A stretch of 63,468 nt of DNA, filler included, from Octopus bimaculoides (Eukaryota): the NCBI RefSeq assembly GCF_001194135.2. It is 6 parts of 5 records of this genome, joined end to end, with 100 filler letters (N's around TTAATTAATTAA, not from the genome) between each part and the next. Parts side by side here need not be neighbours in the genome. Positions count along the whole stretch, not along the records: positions 45,532 to 62,040 come from NC_069005.1; 5 more parts are not named here. The stretch is one strand, 5' to 3'. Below the pieces are notes generated by a model that ran no database searches, was not told the origin of the DNA, and worked only from the letters and a program-made list of their open reading frames with translations. The translations under genes and the position numbers were made by a program. This document shows positions 52,301 to 61,853 of the stretch, piece after piece. Each line of letters begins with the position of its first letter. Positions within the stretch are counted from its first letter, which is position 1.

Positions 52301-54669
52301 CGGAAGCATCACCCATCATACATCCAAGATTATTTCCCTCCATTTCCAGGGCCCCACAGCTACATTCGGACACCTGTAAGAATTCCAATAAATTATCATT
52401 GTTGTTGTTGTTACTGTTATGCCCCAGGACAATCCTGGTCCAGCAAACCTATTTATGAAAGACATTTTAACCATAGCCATCATGCCCTTTTTCCAGACCT
52501 AATCTATCTAGGAATACATTGTCTACTGTGTTGTCATTCTATTTATTCTTTTGTTTGTTTGATTTTTTGATTTTTTTTTTTTTAAGACACTGACTGTGAT
52601 TGGAGGGAGATTTAGCTGCTATTTCAAGACAGACAAAGGCATGATTCTATGGTTAAGACGGCCACATTGCATCTCCATGATTCCAGGTTCAGTTCCAATG
52701 TGTGGCAGCTTGGGCAAATATCATCTACTATGGCCCTAAGCCAATCAATGCCTTGTGTGGGAATTTCGTAGATGGAAACTATGTTGAAACCTACCACACA
52801 CACACACACACACACACATATGTGAAGGTACATGGCTTAGTGGTTAAGGTGTTTCATTCATGATTGCGAGATCGCAGGTTCAATTCCCAGACCGGGCGTT
52901 GCATTGTGTTCTTGAGCAAAGCACTTCATTTCAATTTGCTCAGCGATCATTTCGTCATCTAACGAAATACTGCTAAGCATTTCGCCTGGCGTGCTAGCAT
53001 TTCTGCCAGCTCACCACCTCAGACCAGCTTAATTTTGATGATTATATTAATAAATTATTCATTATTTTCAAAATTGATTGAAACAAAAGTGATGTACTTT
53101 GAAAGGAATCTTGTAATGAAAGTGTTAAATATTCACTTCATTACATTATTTACATTTGACAGATATTTGTCCTCATCTTGTTTGTTGTTAACACAACGTT
53201 TCAGATGATATACCCTCCAGCCTTCATCAGGTGTTTTGGGGAAATTTCGAACCTGGGTTCTCATTCTTAAGGTATTTTTCGATATTGTTGTTGTTGTTAT
53301 TATTATTATCATTATTATTATTCAGGTCACTGCCTGGATTCGAACTCGCAATCTTGGGGTTAGTAGCCCGCGCTTTCAACCACTACGCCATATGCCCATG
53401 GTTAAAAGCACAGGCTACTAACCCCAAGATTGCGAGTTCAATTCCAGGCAGTAACCTGAATAATAATAATAATGATAATAATAATAATAATAATAACAAC
53501 AACAACAGTGAAAAATACCTTGGGAATGAGAACTCAGGTTTGAAATTTCCCCAAGACACCTGATGAAGGCTGGAGGGTATATCAGCCGAAACGTTGTGTT
53601 AGCAACAAAGATGAAGACAAATATCCATCAAATTTACATAATTCCTCATCTCTTGAATATAGAACTGGATTCACTTCATTAGTTTTTCCTTATTTGGTTT
53701 TGTCTATCAACAGACTTATCGAGATCCTGTGACTGACTATCAACTGGTTCGAGAGAAAGTTGCATCTCAGAAGAGAGATACGGAACGAGCACTGACCCGC
53801 TTCATAGCTAACACCGGCAAAACACAGAAACTCTTCAATGACGACAGTGGAGCTTTTCCATGTAAGTTCACAAATGGTGATGACAGTGACATCATTGTTG
53901 TCATTATTATCATTTAGAAATAATTTTACCTGTGCCTTAGCACAGAGGTATTCTTTTCAGTTATGTTTGTTTATCTGTGGATAAGATATCTCAAGAACCG
54001 CTTGTTGGATTCGGATGAAACTTTCAGAGATGTTTGGCCTCGTGACTGGCACAAATTGAATACAGTTTGGGATTGGTCTGGTACTGGACAAGTCTCTTCT
54101 AAAACAAGAAATCAAACACCATTTCCCCTCCCTGCATTTGTCAATTAACTTTTGGTCGATTGAACTTCTAAGAGTTCTCTCCCTTGCTCCTTGTGACGAA
54201 ACGTTTTCATTAACATAATATATATTTAATTCTCTTTACAGTTAGAATTTTAATTATAAGTTAATTGTAGTTCATCACATTACGTATATATTTATATGTC
54301 TATTAGCTGTGGATATGAGTGTGCTGTGTGGTTAAGAAGCTTCCTTCCCTGCCATATGGTCCTGAGTTCAGTCCCACTTTGGTACCTTAGGCAAGTGTCT
54401 TCTGCCATAGCCTCAGGCCAACTGAAGTATTGTGAGTGGATTTGGTGGACAGAAACTATTTGTCACCCTTTCACCACTTGACAACCGTTGTTGGTGTATT
54501 TATGTCTCCCTAACTTAGCAGTTCGGCAAAGAGGTCGATAGAATAAGTATCCAGCTTTGGGAAAGGAAAAAGAAAACCAACTGGGGTTGATTCATTTGAC
54601 TAAAAATTCCTCGAGGTGGTGCCCCAGCATGGCCATAGTCTGCTGACTGAAACACATAAAAGAATAAAG

Positions 54670-54716
<47 letters not shown>

Positions 54717-55829
54717 TGACAGGCTTCTTTCAGTTTCCATCTACCAAATCCATTCAGAAGGAATAGAAGACACGTGCCCAAGGTGCCACACAGTAGGACT
54801 GAACCCGGAGCCATGTGGTTGGTTGGTTGGTTGGAAGGCAAACTTCTTACCACATGGCCACATAATATTTATATAATAACATGTATGATATCGAAAACTC
54901 AGCAAGTAACAGTTGTTGCTCATGTGGCGAGTACCACATTGGTTTCAGGTTGGGGTTACTATGTTGGTTTGGGAGGGCCAGAGTTATGCACAGAAACAAT
55001 TGTTGGGATTTGTGATTAAGGCCCGTTCATTCCGTCTTCGTTTTGCATAAATCCTTATATATGTATGTGTATATGTGGAGGCGCAATGGCCCAGTGGTTA
55101 GGGCAGCGGATTCGCGGTCATAGGATCGCGGTTTCGATTCCCAGACCGGGCGTTGTGAGTGTTTATTGAGCGAAAACACCTAAATCTCCACGAGGCTCCG
55201 GCAGGGGATGGTGGCAAACCCTGCTGTACTCTTTCACCACAACTTTCTCTCACTCTTTCTTCCTGTTTCTGTTGTGCCTGTAATTCAAAGGGTTAGCCTT
55301 GTTACACTGTGTCACGCTGAATATCCCCGAGAACTACATTAAGGGCACACGTGTCTGTGGAGTGCTCAGCCACTTGCACGTTAATTTCACGAGTAGGCTA
55401 TTCCGTTGATCGGATCGACTGGAACCCTCGATGTCGTAAGCGACGGAGTGCCAACAACAATGTGTATATATTATAATGCATGTGTGTCTGTTTGTTGCAG
55501 TGATTGCCATGAAACCAAACATTATGCCTTACCTAAATGCCTTATTGCCAAAGGACCAAGATTTGGATGCACAACTGCCCGTACAGAACCAATGGGCAAA
55601 CATCATGCAGAAGTACAATGTCGAAGGATCAAAAGAGGATGCGGGCATAGCAGTGAATAACATCAGCAACAACAACAACAACAACAGCAACAGCTGTGGT
55701 GGTGGTGGTGGCCACGACTTTCTTCCTGAACGGTATGAGTATACTCAGACTGTCTTGGACGTAGACAACGAGGCCATCGATAATCCGTATCTTCGACCGG
55801 TGAAACCTCCACGTAAGAAGAGACGGTGA
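48302..55829 (+). CDS. TAF8: Transcription initiation factor TFIID subunit 8, spliced model join(48302..48440,50123..50221,51223..51285,52251..52375,53714..53861,55501..55829); 903 nt, 300 aa
   Basis: Six GT-AG-bounded exons join in frame (phases 1,1,1,0,1). The product has the histone-fold N-terminus (RRKILKMVVCSL...ETLVEMMQSFLCEAGRSSQAYCELSGRTTPMLSDVVMSLIEMG), the Pro-rich HPSYIQDYFPPFPGPHSYIRTP, the TAF8_C region TYRDPVTDYQLVREKVASQKRDTERALTRF and the C-terminal IDNPYLRPVKPPRKKRR. All match the metazoan TAF8 layout as I recall it. Confidence 0.96.
48880..49290 (-). mobile_element. SINE family A copy (antisense, TAF8 intron 1)
   Basis: Reverse complement of the family A body and tail. Confidence 0.75.
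49345..50015 (+). mobile_element. SINE family A copies (partial 49345-49470, near-complete 49616-50015)
   Basis: ggcgcagga..gtgtgttaagtagcttgcttaccaacc..gcaccttgggcaagtg (CORE-like)..tgactgaaacaa..aaagag. Confidence 0.8.
50123..50221 (+). CDS. TAF8: TAF8 coding exon 2 (histone fold)
   Basis: Acceptor ttttcaag, donor G|GTGAG; encodes FLCEAGRSSQAYCELSGRTTPMLSDVVMSLIEMG. Confidence 0.95.
51223..51285 (+). CDS. TAF8: TAF8 coding exon 3
   Basis: Acceptor tatttccag, donor C|GTAAG; 63 nt encoding GTKIDQIPIYAKKPNKNVFIP (cf. GFNVDTLPAYAKRSQRMVIT). Confidence 0.9.
51570..52040 (+). mobile_element. SINE family A copy plus partial duplicate (TAF8 intron 3)
   Basis: Same head, CORE-like body and tail as the other family A copies. 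Confidence 0.8.
52251..52375 (+). CDS. TAF8: TAF8 coding exon 4 (Pro-rich region)
   Basis: Long U tract plus tttacag acceptor, donor CCT|GTAAG; encodes ...ETGERKHHPSYIQDYFPPFPGPHSYIRTP. Confidence 0.95.
53141..53397 (-). mobile_element. tRNA-headed SINE-like element with hammerhead-bearing tail (left copy of inverted dimer)
   Basis: The minus strand reads GGGCATATGGCGTAGTGG (A box)...GGGCTACTAACCC...GAGTTCGAATCC (B box) at 53397-53325. An (AAT)/(AAC) linker follows, then CTGATGA...GAAACGTT with a damaged stem II. Confidence 0.8.
53399..53667 (+). mobile_element. Second, 5'-truncated, inverted copy of the same hammerhead-bearing SINE-like element
   Basis: Reverse complement of the left copy over about 240 nt. 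Starts at TGGTTAAAAGC within the tRNA head and ends ...cataattcctcatctcttgaatatagaactg. Confidence 0.8.
53555..53600 (+). ncRNA. Minimal type I hammerhead ribozyme (Penelope pLTR-like)
   Basis: GACAC-CTGATGA-A-GGCTG(gagggtatat)CAGCC-GAAA-CG-TT-GTGTT: stem I GACAC/GTGTT, 5-bp stem II, loopless stem III, GUU cleavage triplet. Confidence 0.75.
53714..53861 (+). CDS. TAF8: TAF8 coding exon 5 (TAF8_C domain)
   Basis: Acceptor caacag, donor T|GTAAG; encodes TYRDPVTDYQLVREKVASQKRDTERALTRFIANTGKTQKLFNDDSGAFP. Confidence 0.96.
54315..54860. mobile_element. Inverted pair of SINE family A copies (+54315-54670, -54715-54860)
   Basis: The family A 5' half is present in both orientations in TAF8 intron 5. 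Confidence 0.75.
55077..55460 (+). mobile_element. SINE family B, full-length copy ending 40 nt before TAF8 exon 6
   Basis: A box TGGCCCAGTGG, B box GGTTTCGATTCC, tail ccaacaacaa. Confidence 0.85.
55501..55829 (+). CDS. TAF8: TAF8 last coding exon
   Basis: Acceptor tttgttgcag; encodes LIAMKPNIMPYLNALLP...EAIDNPYLRPVKPPRKKRR-stop, with a basic NLS-like end. Confidence 0.95.
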
Positions 55830-56803
55830 AGAACATTTTGGGTTTTGGGGGGGGACGGGGTGGAGGGTTACTTCCTTGGTTTGTGTGTGGGGGTGTGCTG
55901 GGCGGGGGGGGGATAGTTTACTTCGTTGGTTTGAGAGGGCAAGGGTTATGAGCTTACTCGGGTCAGCAGTTGTGGGCTGAACGCTCAGTGGGGAGGTTGA
56001 GGTCAGACGAGAGTGCCAGCTGTTTAAGGGAGCCACATTTTACTTCTAACATTTTGGTAACAGACTGCCCCAGCATGGCCAGAAAACCAGCAATTGAATA
56101 TACAGAATATCCTGTACCGTGGCTGAGGTGCTTATCGTTCACTTTTCGTTTATGAGGTCACTCAGTTGGCTAGAAACAGCACCAAAAACCCTTCATATCA
56201 CATTCTGCCATTTTACAAAATGAAGGACATTTTCGAGAAAGCGTGTCTTAAACACAGATGGAAAGCATATGGGGATTGGCGGGGTTACTTTAAACCCTAG
56301 GTCTCTGCAAGATAAGGGGCCAACTTTGTGCTGCACATTAACAAAACAAGGAAAATACCATTGGTTGGCTGGTGTCCTTCAAACTGTTCCATGGTAAATG
56401 CAACGACCCCTTTCTTAAGTGTTATATGACCCACAAAGCAGAAGCATTTCATTATCAAAGTATGTCCATAGACTGAGAGTTCAAATCCTGCCCTCGTGGT
56501 GATAGGTTGACTTGTGGTAATGACAACCTAATTTTGCAGTAGGGTCCTCGGACAGTAACCCACATGCCCCTGATTTGGGGTTTTGAGGGTATTGGGGACA
56601 GTCATTGATTGAAAGGCAGATGGGAATTGAAGAAAGTTGCTGTTATTACTAGCGTGTCACATTATTCATGATTCATCACATTTTTTTTTTATGTCTACAA
56701 GCATATATGTGTGTGTTTGTGTATAAATGCATATTTGTAAATTTGTATGAATATGAGTATATTTTTATGCATGTGTGCATGTATCCGTATATATAAATGT
56801 GCG

Positions 56804-56857
<54 letters not shown>

Positions 56858-56945
56858 GATTTGTACATATAAACATGCATATATATTGGTGTGAGTATAT
56901 GTAAATGTATGTAATATACATAGGTGTAACATTTCATCAACAAAA

Positions 56946-56986
56946 AATAAAAGTGATTTATAGACCTTTGTGTTTTTGTATTTTTA
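56946..56986 (+). terminator. Candidate TAF8 polyadenylation signal (AATAAA plus downstream GU/U-rich element)
   Basis: AATAAA at 56946-56951 followed about 20 nt later by tgtgtttttgtattttt; about 1.1 kb after the stop codon. Confidence 0.45.
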
Positions 56987-57944
56987 TACATGTATAAATA
57001 TATGTACATGCGGTTACATGTGTGTTTACATGTGTCATATCCTTTTCATGTTTTGACCTCTGTTTTTCCACGCTGGCATGAGTCAGACAAAATTCATTCC
57101 ACCAGCTTTTCAGACATGTTTCAAAGCATGATAAGAAGTCGGTGATGGTGCACAAGGTTAGCACTCGTTTCAAACGGTCACACGATGCCAAGCCAAGGCA
57201 ACACAATCACACACACACACACACACAAACAGACACTCTGTTATATGTATACATCATCATCATCATTGTTTAATATCCGTTTTCCATGCTGGCATGAGTT
57301 GGAAGAGTTGAAAATAAATGACACCAACCAGGTGAGGGTTGGTGACAGGAGCAGCATCCAGCTGTAGAAAATATGTCTCAATGACCAGCGTGCACTTGAG
57401 AAAGATATTGAAGCAACCGGGATAACAATGATATATCTATATCAATGGCTGTGGGAAAAGCTATTAAATGAAAGAATTAATGGCATGTGGTGCATTTCCT
57501 ATATTGAATTTAACTTTCATTTTCGTTTGTGTGAATTTAAAGGTGTCACATGACAGCTTATATAATCGGAATTTAACCCAATATAAACACTATAATATAT
57601 ACACACTCACATGCACACAATCACATGTATATCCTTTCAGACTGATGACTCACCTTTTGAGTTTTCCTCTAGTATGTATAGCATATCCTGCACGTACTCA
57701 TTAGGTGTACCACTGCGTTTGTTAGTTTTAGACCGTCATCATCATCCAAGCTGTTTTCCAGTAGAGCACTGAGGTTGCGACTATACTTAGAAGTATTAAA
57801 CAGAGTGAGAGAAAGATGCAGACAGGAGAAAGAGAAACAATACTGCTTTTACTAAATTTCTGGAGGAGCAGAGCTTGGTGGTGTGTGGCGTAGGAGACGA
57901 AATCCAGAATGGCCCTAGATTTATGATGTAAAGGGACAGATTAG

Positions 57945-58785
57945 AAATATTGGTTTCAAATTTTAGCACAAGCCCAACAAGTTCGGGGGTAGGTATGAAG
58001 ATGATTACATCGACCCCCAGAACGTAACTGGTGGTTATTTTATCGACCCCGAAAGGATGAAAAGCAAAGTCAACCTTGGTGGAATTTGAACTCAGAACAT
58101 AAAGACAAATAAATGCCACTTAGTATTTTGCCCAGCATGTAAACCACGCTGCCAGTTTGCCACCCTAAAGATTCAAAATATTGGTTTCAAATTTTGACAC
58201 AAAGCTAGCAAGTTTAGAGAAAGGGTAAGTTGATTATTTTGACCCCAGTACATGACTGGTACTTACTTTGTCAACCCAGAAAGGATGAAAGGTAAATATG
58301 AATGAAATGCCACCACTAGACATTTTGCCAAGCATGCTAAGGATTCTGCCAGTTTCTGCCCAACAGATTCAAAATATTCTTTTCTACTTTAGGCACAGGG
58401 TCCGAAATTTTGGGGGGAGGGTGCCAGTCGATTATATCCACTCCAGAACGCAACTGGTATTTAATTTATCGACCCCTAAAAGATGAAACGCAAAGTCGAC
58501 TTCTGCAAAATTTGAACTCAGAACGTAAAGACAGACGAAATACCGCTAAGCATTTCGCCTAGTGCACTAACGTTTCTTCTCTACACTAGGCATAAGGCCC
58601 GAAATTTTGTGGGAGGGCCAGTCGATTATATCGATCCCAGTACGCAACTGGTATTTAATTTATCGACCCCGAAAGGATGAAAGGGAAAGTCGACCTCGGC
58701 GGAATTTGAACTCAGAACGTAAAGGCAGACGAAATACCGCCAAGCATTTCGCCCGGCGGGGTAACGTTTCTGCCAGCTCGCCCTG
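57945..58785 (-). mobile_element. Tandem array of four SINE family C copies
   Basis: An ~200-230-nt unit (ggcacaaggcccgaaatttt...gaatttgaactcagaac...agcatttcgcc) is repeated head-to-tail. The minus strand carries the B box GAGTTCAAATTCC. Single copies lie near 19335, 29690, 47440 and 62770. Confidence 0.8.
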
Positions 58786-59125
58786 ATGGAGTTCTGACTC
58801 ACCAAATGATTCAAAGAGGGACAAAGATTAAGGGTATATGGTAGGCTGTTGCTATAAATGCAGCTAAGATGGCTACAGTGTAATAGCCGTGAGATGCAAT
58901 GTGATAAAAGAAATTAATGCATTATAATTGAACCAAGCGAAACCGAGTTTATTGAACGAGGTAGCTTTTGAACAAACACCTGACGAGGCACATCTGCACC
59001 GAAAGATGCATCACAACCAATTATACAATATCTCAGCCGCGAAGGACCGAAGCACAATTGGTTGAAATGATCGTTGTGGTTAACAAAGAATTTCATGAAT
59101 TCCATTTCCCCTCATTTGTTACATG

Positions 59126-59171
<46 letters not shown>

Positions 59172-60419
59172 CACGTATGTATGTATATACAGCCAATGCT
59201 CAATCCTGAACGATAAGTAAACAGTGAAACAATTTGTGAGCTTTAATCAAGTTATTTATGTATTTGTTTTTGTCAATCATCTGTCCTTGGAAGCAATAAT
59301 GACAGTAACAAAGTAAACAATACTAACGATAAAAATAATGAAATAAAGAACAACAACAGTAGTAGTAGTAGTAGTGGTGGTGCTTGTAGTTAATGTTGGT
59401 GTGGTAGTAGTAGTAGTAGTTGTAGTGATGAGGATTTCAAATTTTAGTACAAGGCCAATAATAATAATAATAGCAACACTAACAATAGTAGTAATATAAT
59501 GATGATGATGATGAATGCTAATAATAACGAACGGCTACAATTTTGAAGAAGACTTGAAAGTGCATATTCTCAGAAAATATTCTGAATTTGCTTCACTTTC
59601 AATACTCATAATGCATGAGGAGAAATATGTTTGCGGCTTTATTAAAATCATGCCCTGGAGGAAAAAATAAAATGACAGGAGAATATCATCAAATTTACAC
59701 AAAACTGTTTGATTGGATATTCTTTTTACTTTCGTTTTTGTTTTTTTTTTTTGTTTCGCAGCAAACCACAGCACATACCCAAGGCGCATAGAGCTGCGCT
59801 AGATAGTGAAGTGAAAGCACGTTATAAAAATAAAACTACTGAACAATAATAATAATAAGAAGAAGAAGAAGAAGAAGAATAGAAGGGTGAATTCCGTGAA
59901 AGTTGAAAAAGGTTATCGAAAAAAAGGAAAAATACCAGTTGCGATGGGAAAAAAGAGAAAATGGGGGTAACAGGAAGTGATGCAACAATTTCAAGTGGAT
60001 GATGCAATCTATAAATAGACGGAGCGTGATTATCTATTCATGTGNNNNNNNNNNNNNNNNNNNNNNNNNNNNNNNNNNNNNNNNNNNNNNNNNNNNNNNN
60101 NNNNNNNNNNNNNNNNNNNNNNNNNNNNNNNNNNNNNNNNNNNNNNNNNNNNNNNNNNNNNNNNNNNNNNNNNNNNNNNNNNNNNNNNNNNNNNNNNNNN
60201 NNNNNNNNNNNNNNNNNNNNNNNNNNNNNNNNNNNNNNNNNNNNNNNNNNNNNNNNNNNNNNNNNNNNNNNNNNNNNNNNNNNNNNNNNNNNNNNNNNNN
60301 NNNNNNNNNNNNNNNNNNNNNNNNNNNNNNNNNNNNNNNNNNNNNNNNNNNNNNNNNNNNNNNNNNNNNNNNNNNNNNNNNNNNNNNNNNNNNNNNNNNN
60401 NNNNNNNNNNNNNNNNGAA

Positions 60420-60713
60420 TGTATCGACCCCCAGTATTTTCGTTTTTAATCCTGGTATTTATTGTATCGGTGACCCTTTTGCCAAACCGCTAACTTACGC
60501 GGATGTAAACACACCAACACCGGTTGTCAAACGGTGATGGGGACAGATACATACACATACACAGACAGACAGATAGCTAGATAGATAGATAGATAGATGG
60601 CTGGATAGATGGATAGATAGATAGATAGATAGATAAAGAGAGAGTGAGAGACAGACAGAGATAGATAGATACATACATACATACATACATTCATACATAC
60701 GTACGTACATACA

Positions 60714-60744
<31 letters not shown>

Positions 60745-60880
60745 GATAGGCTTCCTTCAGTTTCCGTTTACCAAATCTACTCACAAGACTTGGGAATAGA
60801 AAGCACTTGCCAAAGGTACCACGCAGTGGGACTGAACCCGGAACCATGTGGTTGAGAAGCAAACTTCTTACCACACAGCC
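60420..60880 (-). mobile_element. SINE family A copy with expanded internal microsatellite
   Basis: Family A halves flank (GATA)/(CATA) runs. Confidence 0.7.
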
Positions 60881-60972
60881 TTATTAATTCATTGATTTAT
60901 TAAAACAACTCTAATCCGCCAAAAACAAATGTTTTAATAAAAGTTTGCGCAGATGTTCTCGATAAGCTTTCT

Positions 60973-61853
60973 TACGAAGGGTTACCCAAAAGTAACCAGA
61001 AACATTCTCTGTGAGACAAGCCTGTTGTGGTTCTAGCTTCCTTCGTTAGAAGCCACTTTATGCGACCCTCAGGCATCAGTCTGCCGTCCGGCGGCGTCGC
61101 GTGAGGTCGTACAGCCATGATGTGTCTTTGTTTTGCAGTTCTTCTCCCATCTTCGTCAATTTTTGCGATGGGTTAAACGAAGGAACAGCGTCCTTTCGTG
61201 AAATTCTGTTTTCTTCTGGGGAAAACGGCGACCGAAACAGTTGTCATGCTTCAAACAGCTTACAAGGACGCTGCCATGAGCAAAACACAAATTTACGAGT
61301 GGTTTCCACGCTTTAGGAATGGTCACTTGACGCATGAAGACCCATTCGTTCGGGGCGACTGTCGATCTCCCGGATGAAAGAAAATATCATGAAAATTCAT
61401 GAACTGATTTTGGAGGACCGTCACCGAACAATTGACGAACTTGTTGATATGACTGGTGTGTCTTGAAGCTACTGCCAACGAATTTTGAGATAGGAATTGC
61501 GAATGAAAAGATTTGCAGCGACATTATGCTTCGCTTGCTCACGGAAGATCAAAAACAGTTACGACTGAATGTGTTGTGAACTGAAAGAATAGTTGGAAGT
61601 TGATCCAGAACTTTTTTCGAAGGTCGTCAGTGGTAACGAAAATTGGTTCTACAGAATTTACAGATGTGAGGGAAGTGAATAAAAAAACGATGGAGGCGTT
61701 TAAAGGCATCACTTCGCAAGAGTTCCAAGACTGCTTGGAATAGTAGAAAACCGCCTGGACTTCAAATGGAGAATACTTTGAAGGCGATAAAAATGTAAAC
61801 ATGTAAAACAATAATATTGCAAAATTCCGGTTTCTTTTGGGTTTGCCCTTGTA
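60973..61853 (+). mobile_element. Internally deleted mariner with both TIRs and TA target duplication
   Basis: Left end TACGAAGGGTTACCCAAAAGTAACC pairs with the right end GGTTTCTTTTGGGTTTGCCCTTGTA. Inside are EQRPFVKFCFLLGKTATET, EDR.RTIDEL and the C-terminal GEYFEGDK; most of the catalytic domain is missing. Confidence 0.85.

Noticed and set aside
53325-53397. Functional tRNA gene
   Set aside because: The acceptor stem does not close properly and the sequence is embedded in a repeated element; it is a SINE head.
58975-59010. Hammerhead-like CTGACGAG...CGAAA
   Set aside because: Stem II is bulged, there is no NUH after stem III and no stem I; at best a heavily decayed copy.
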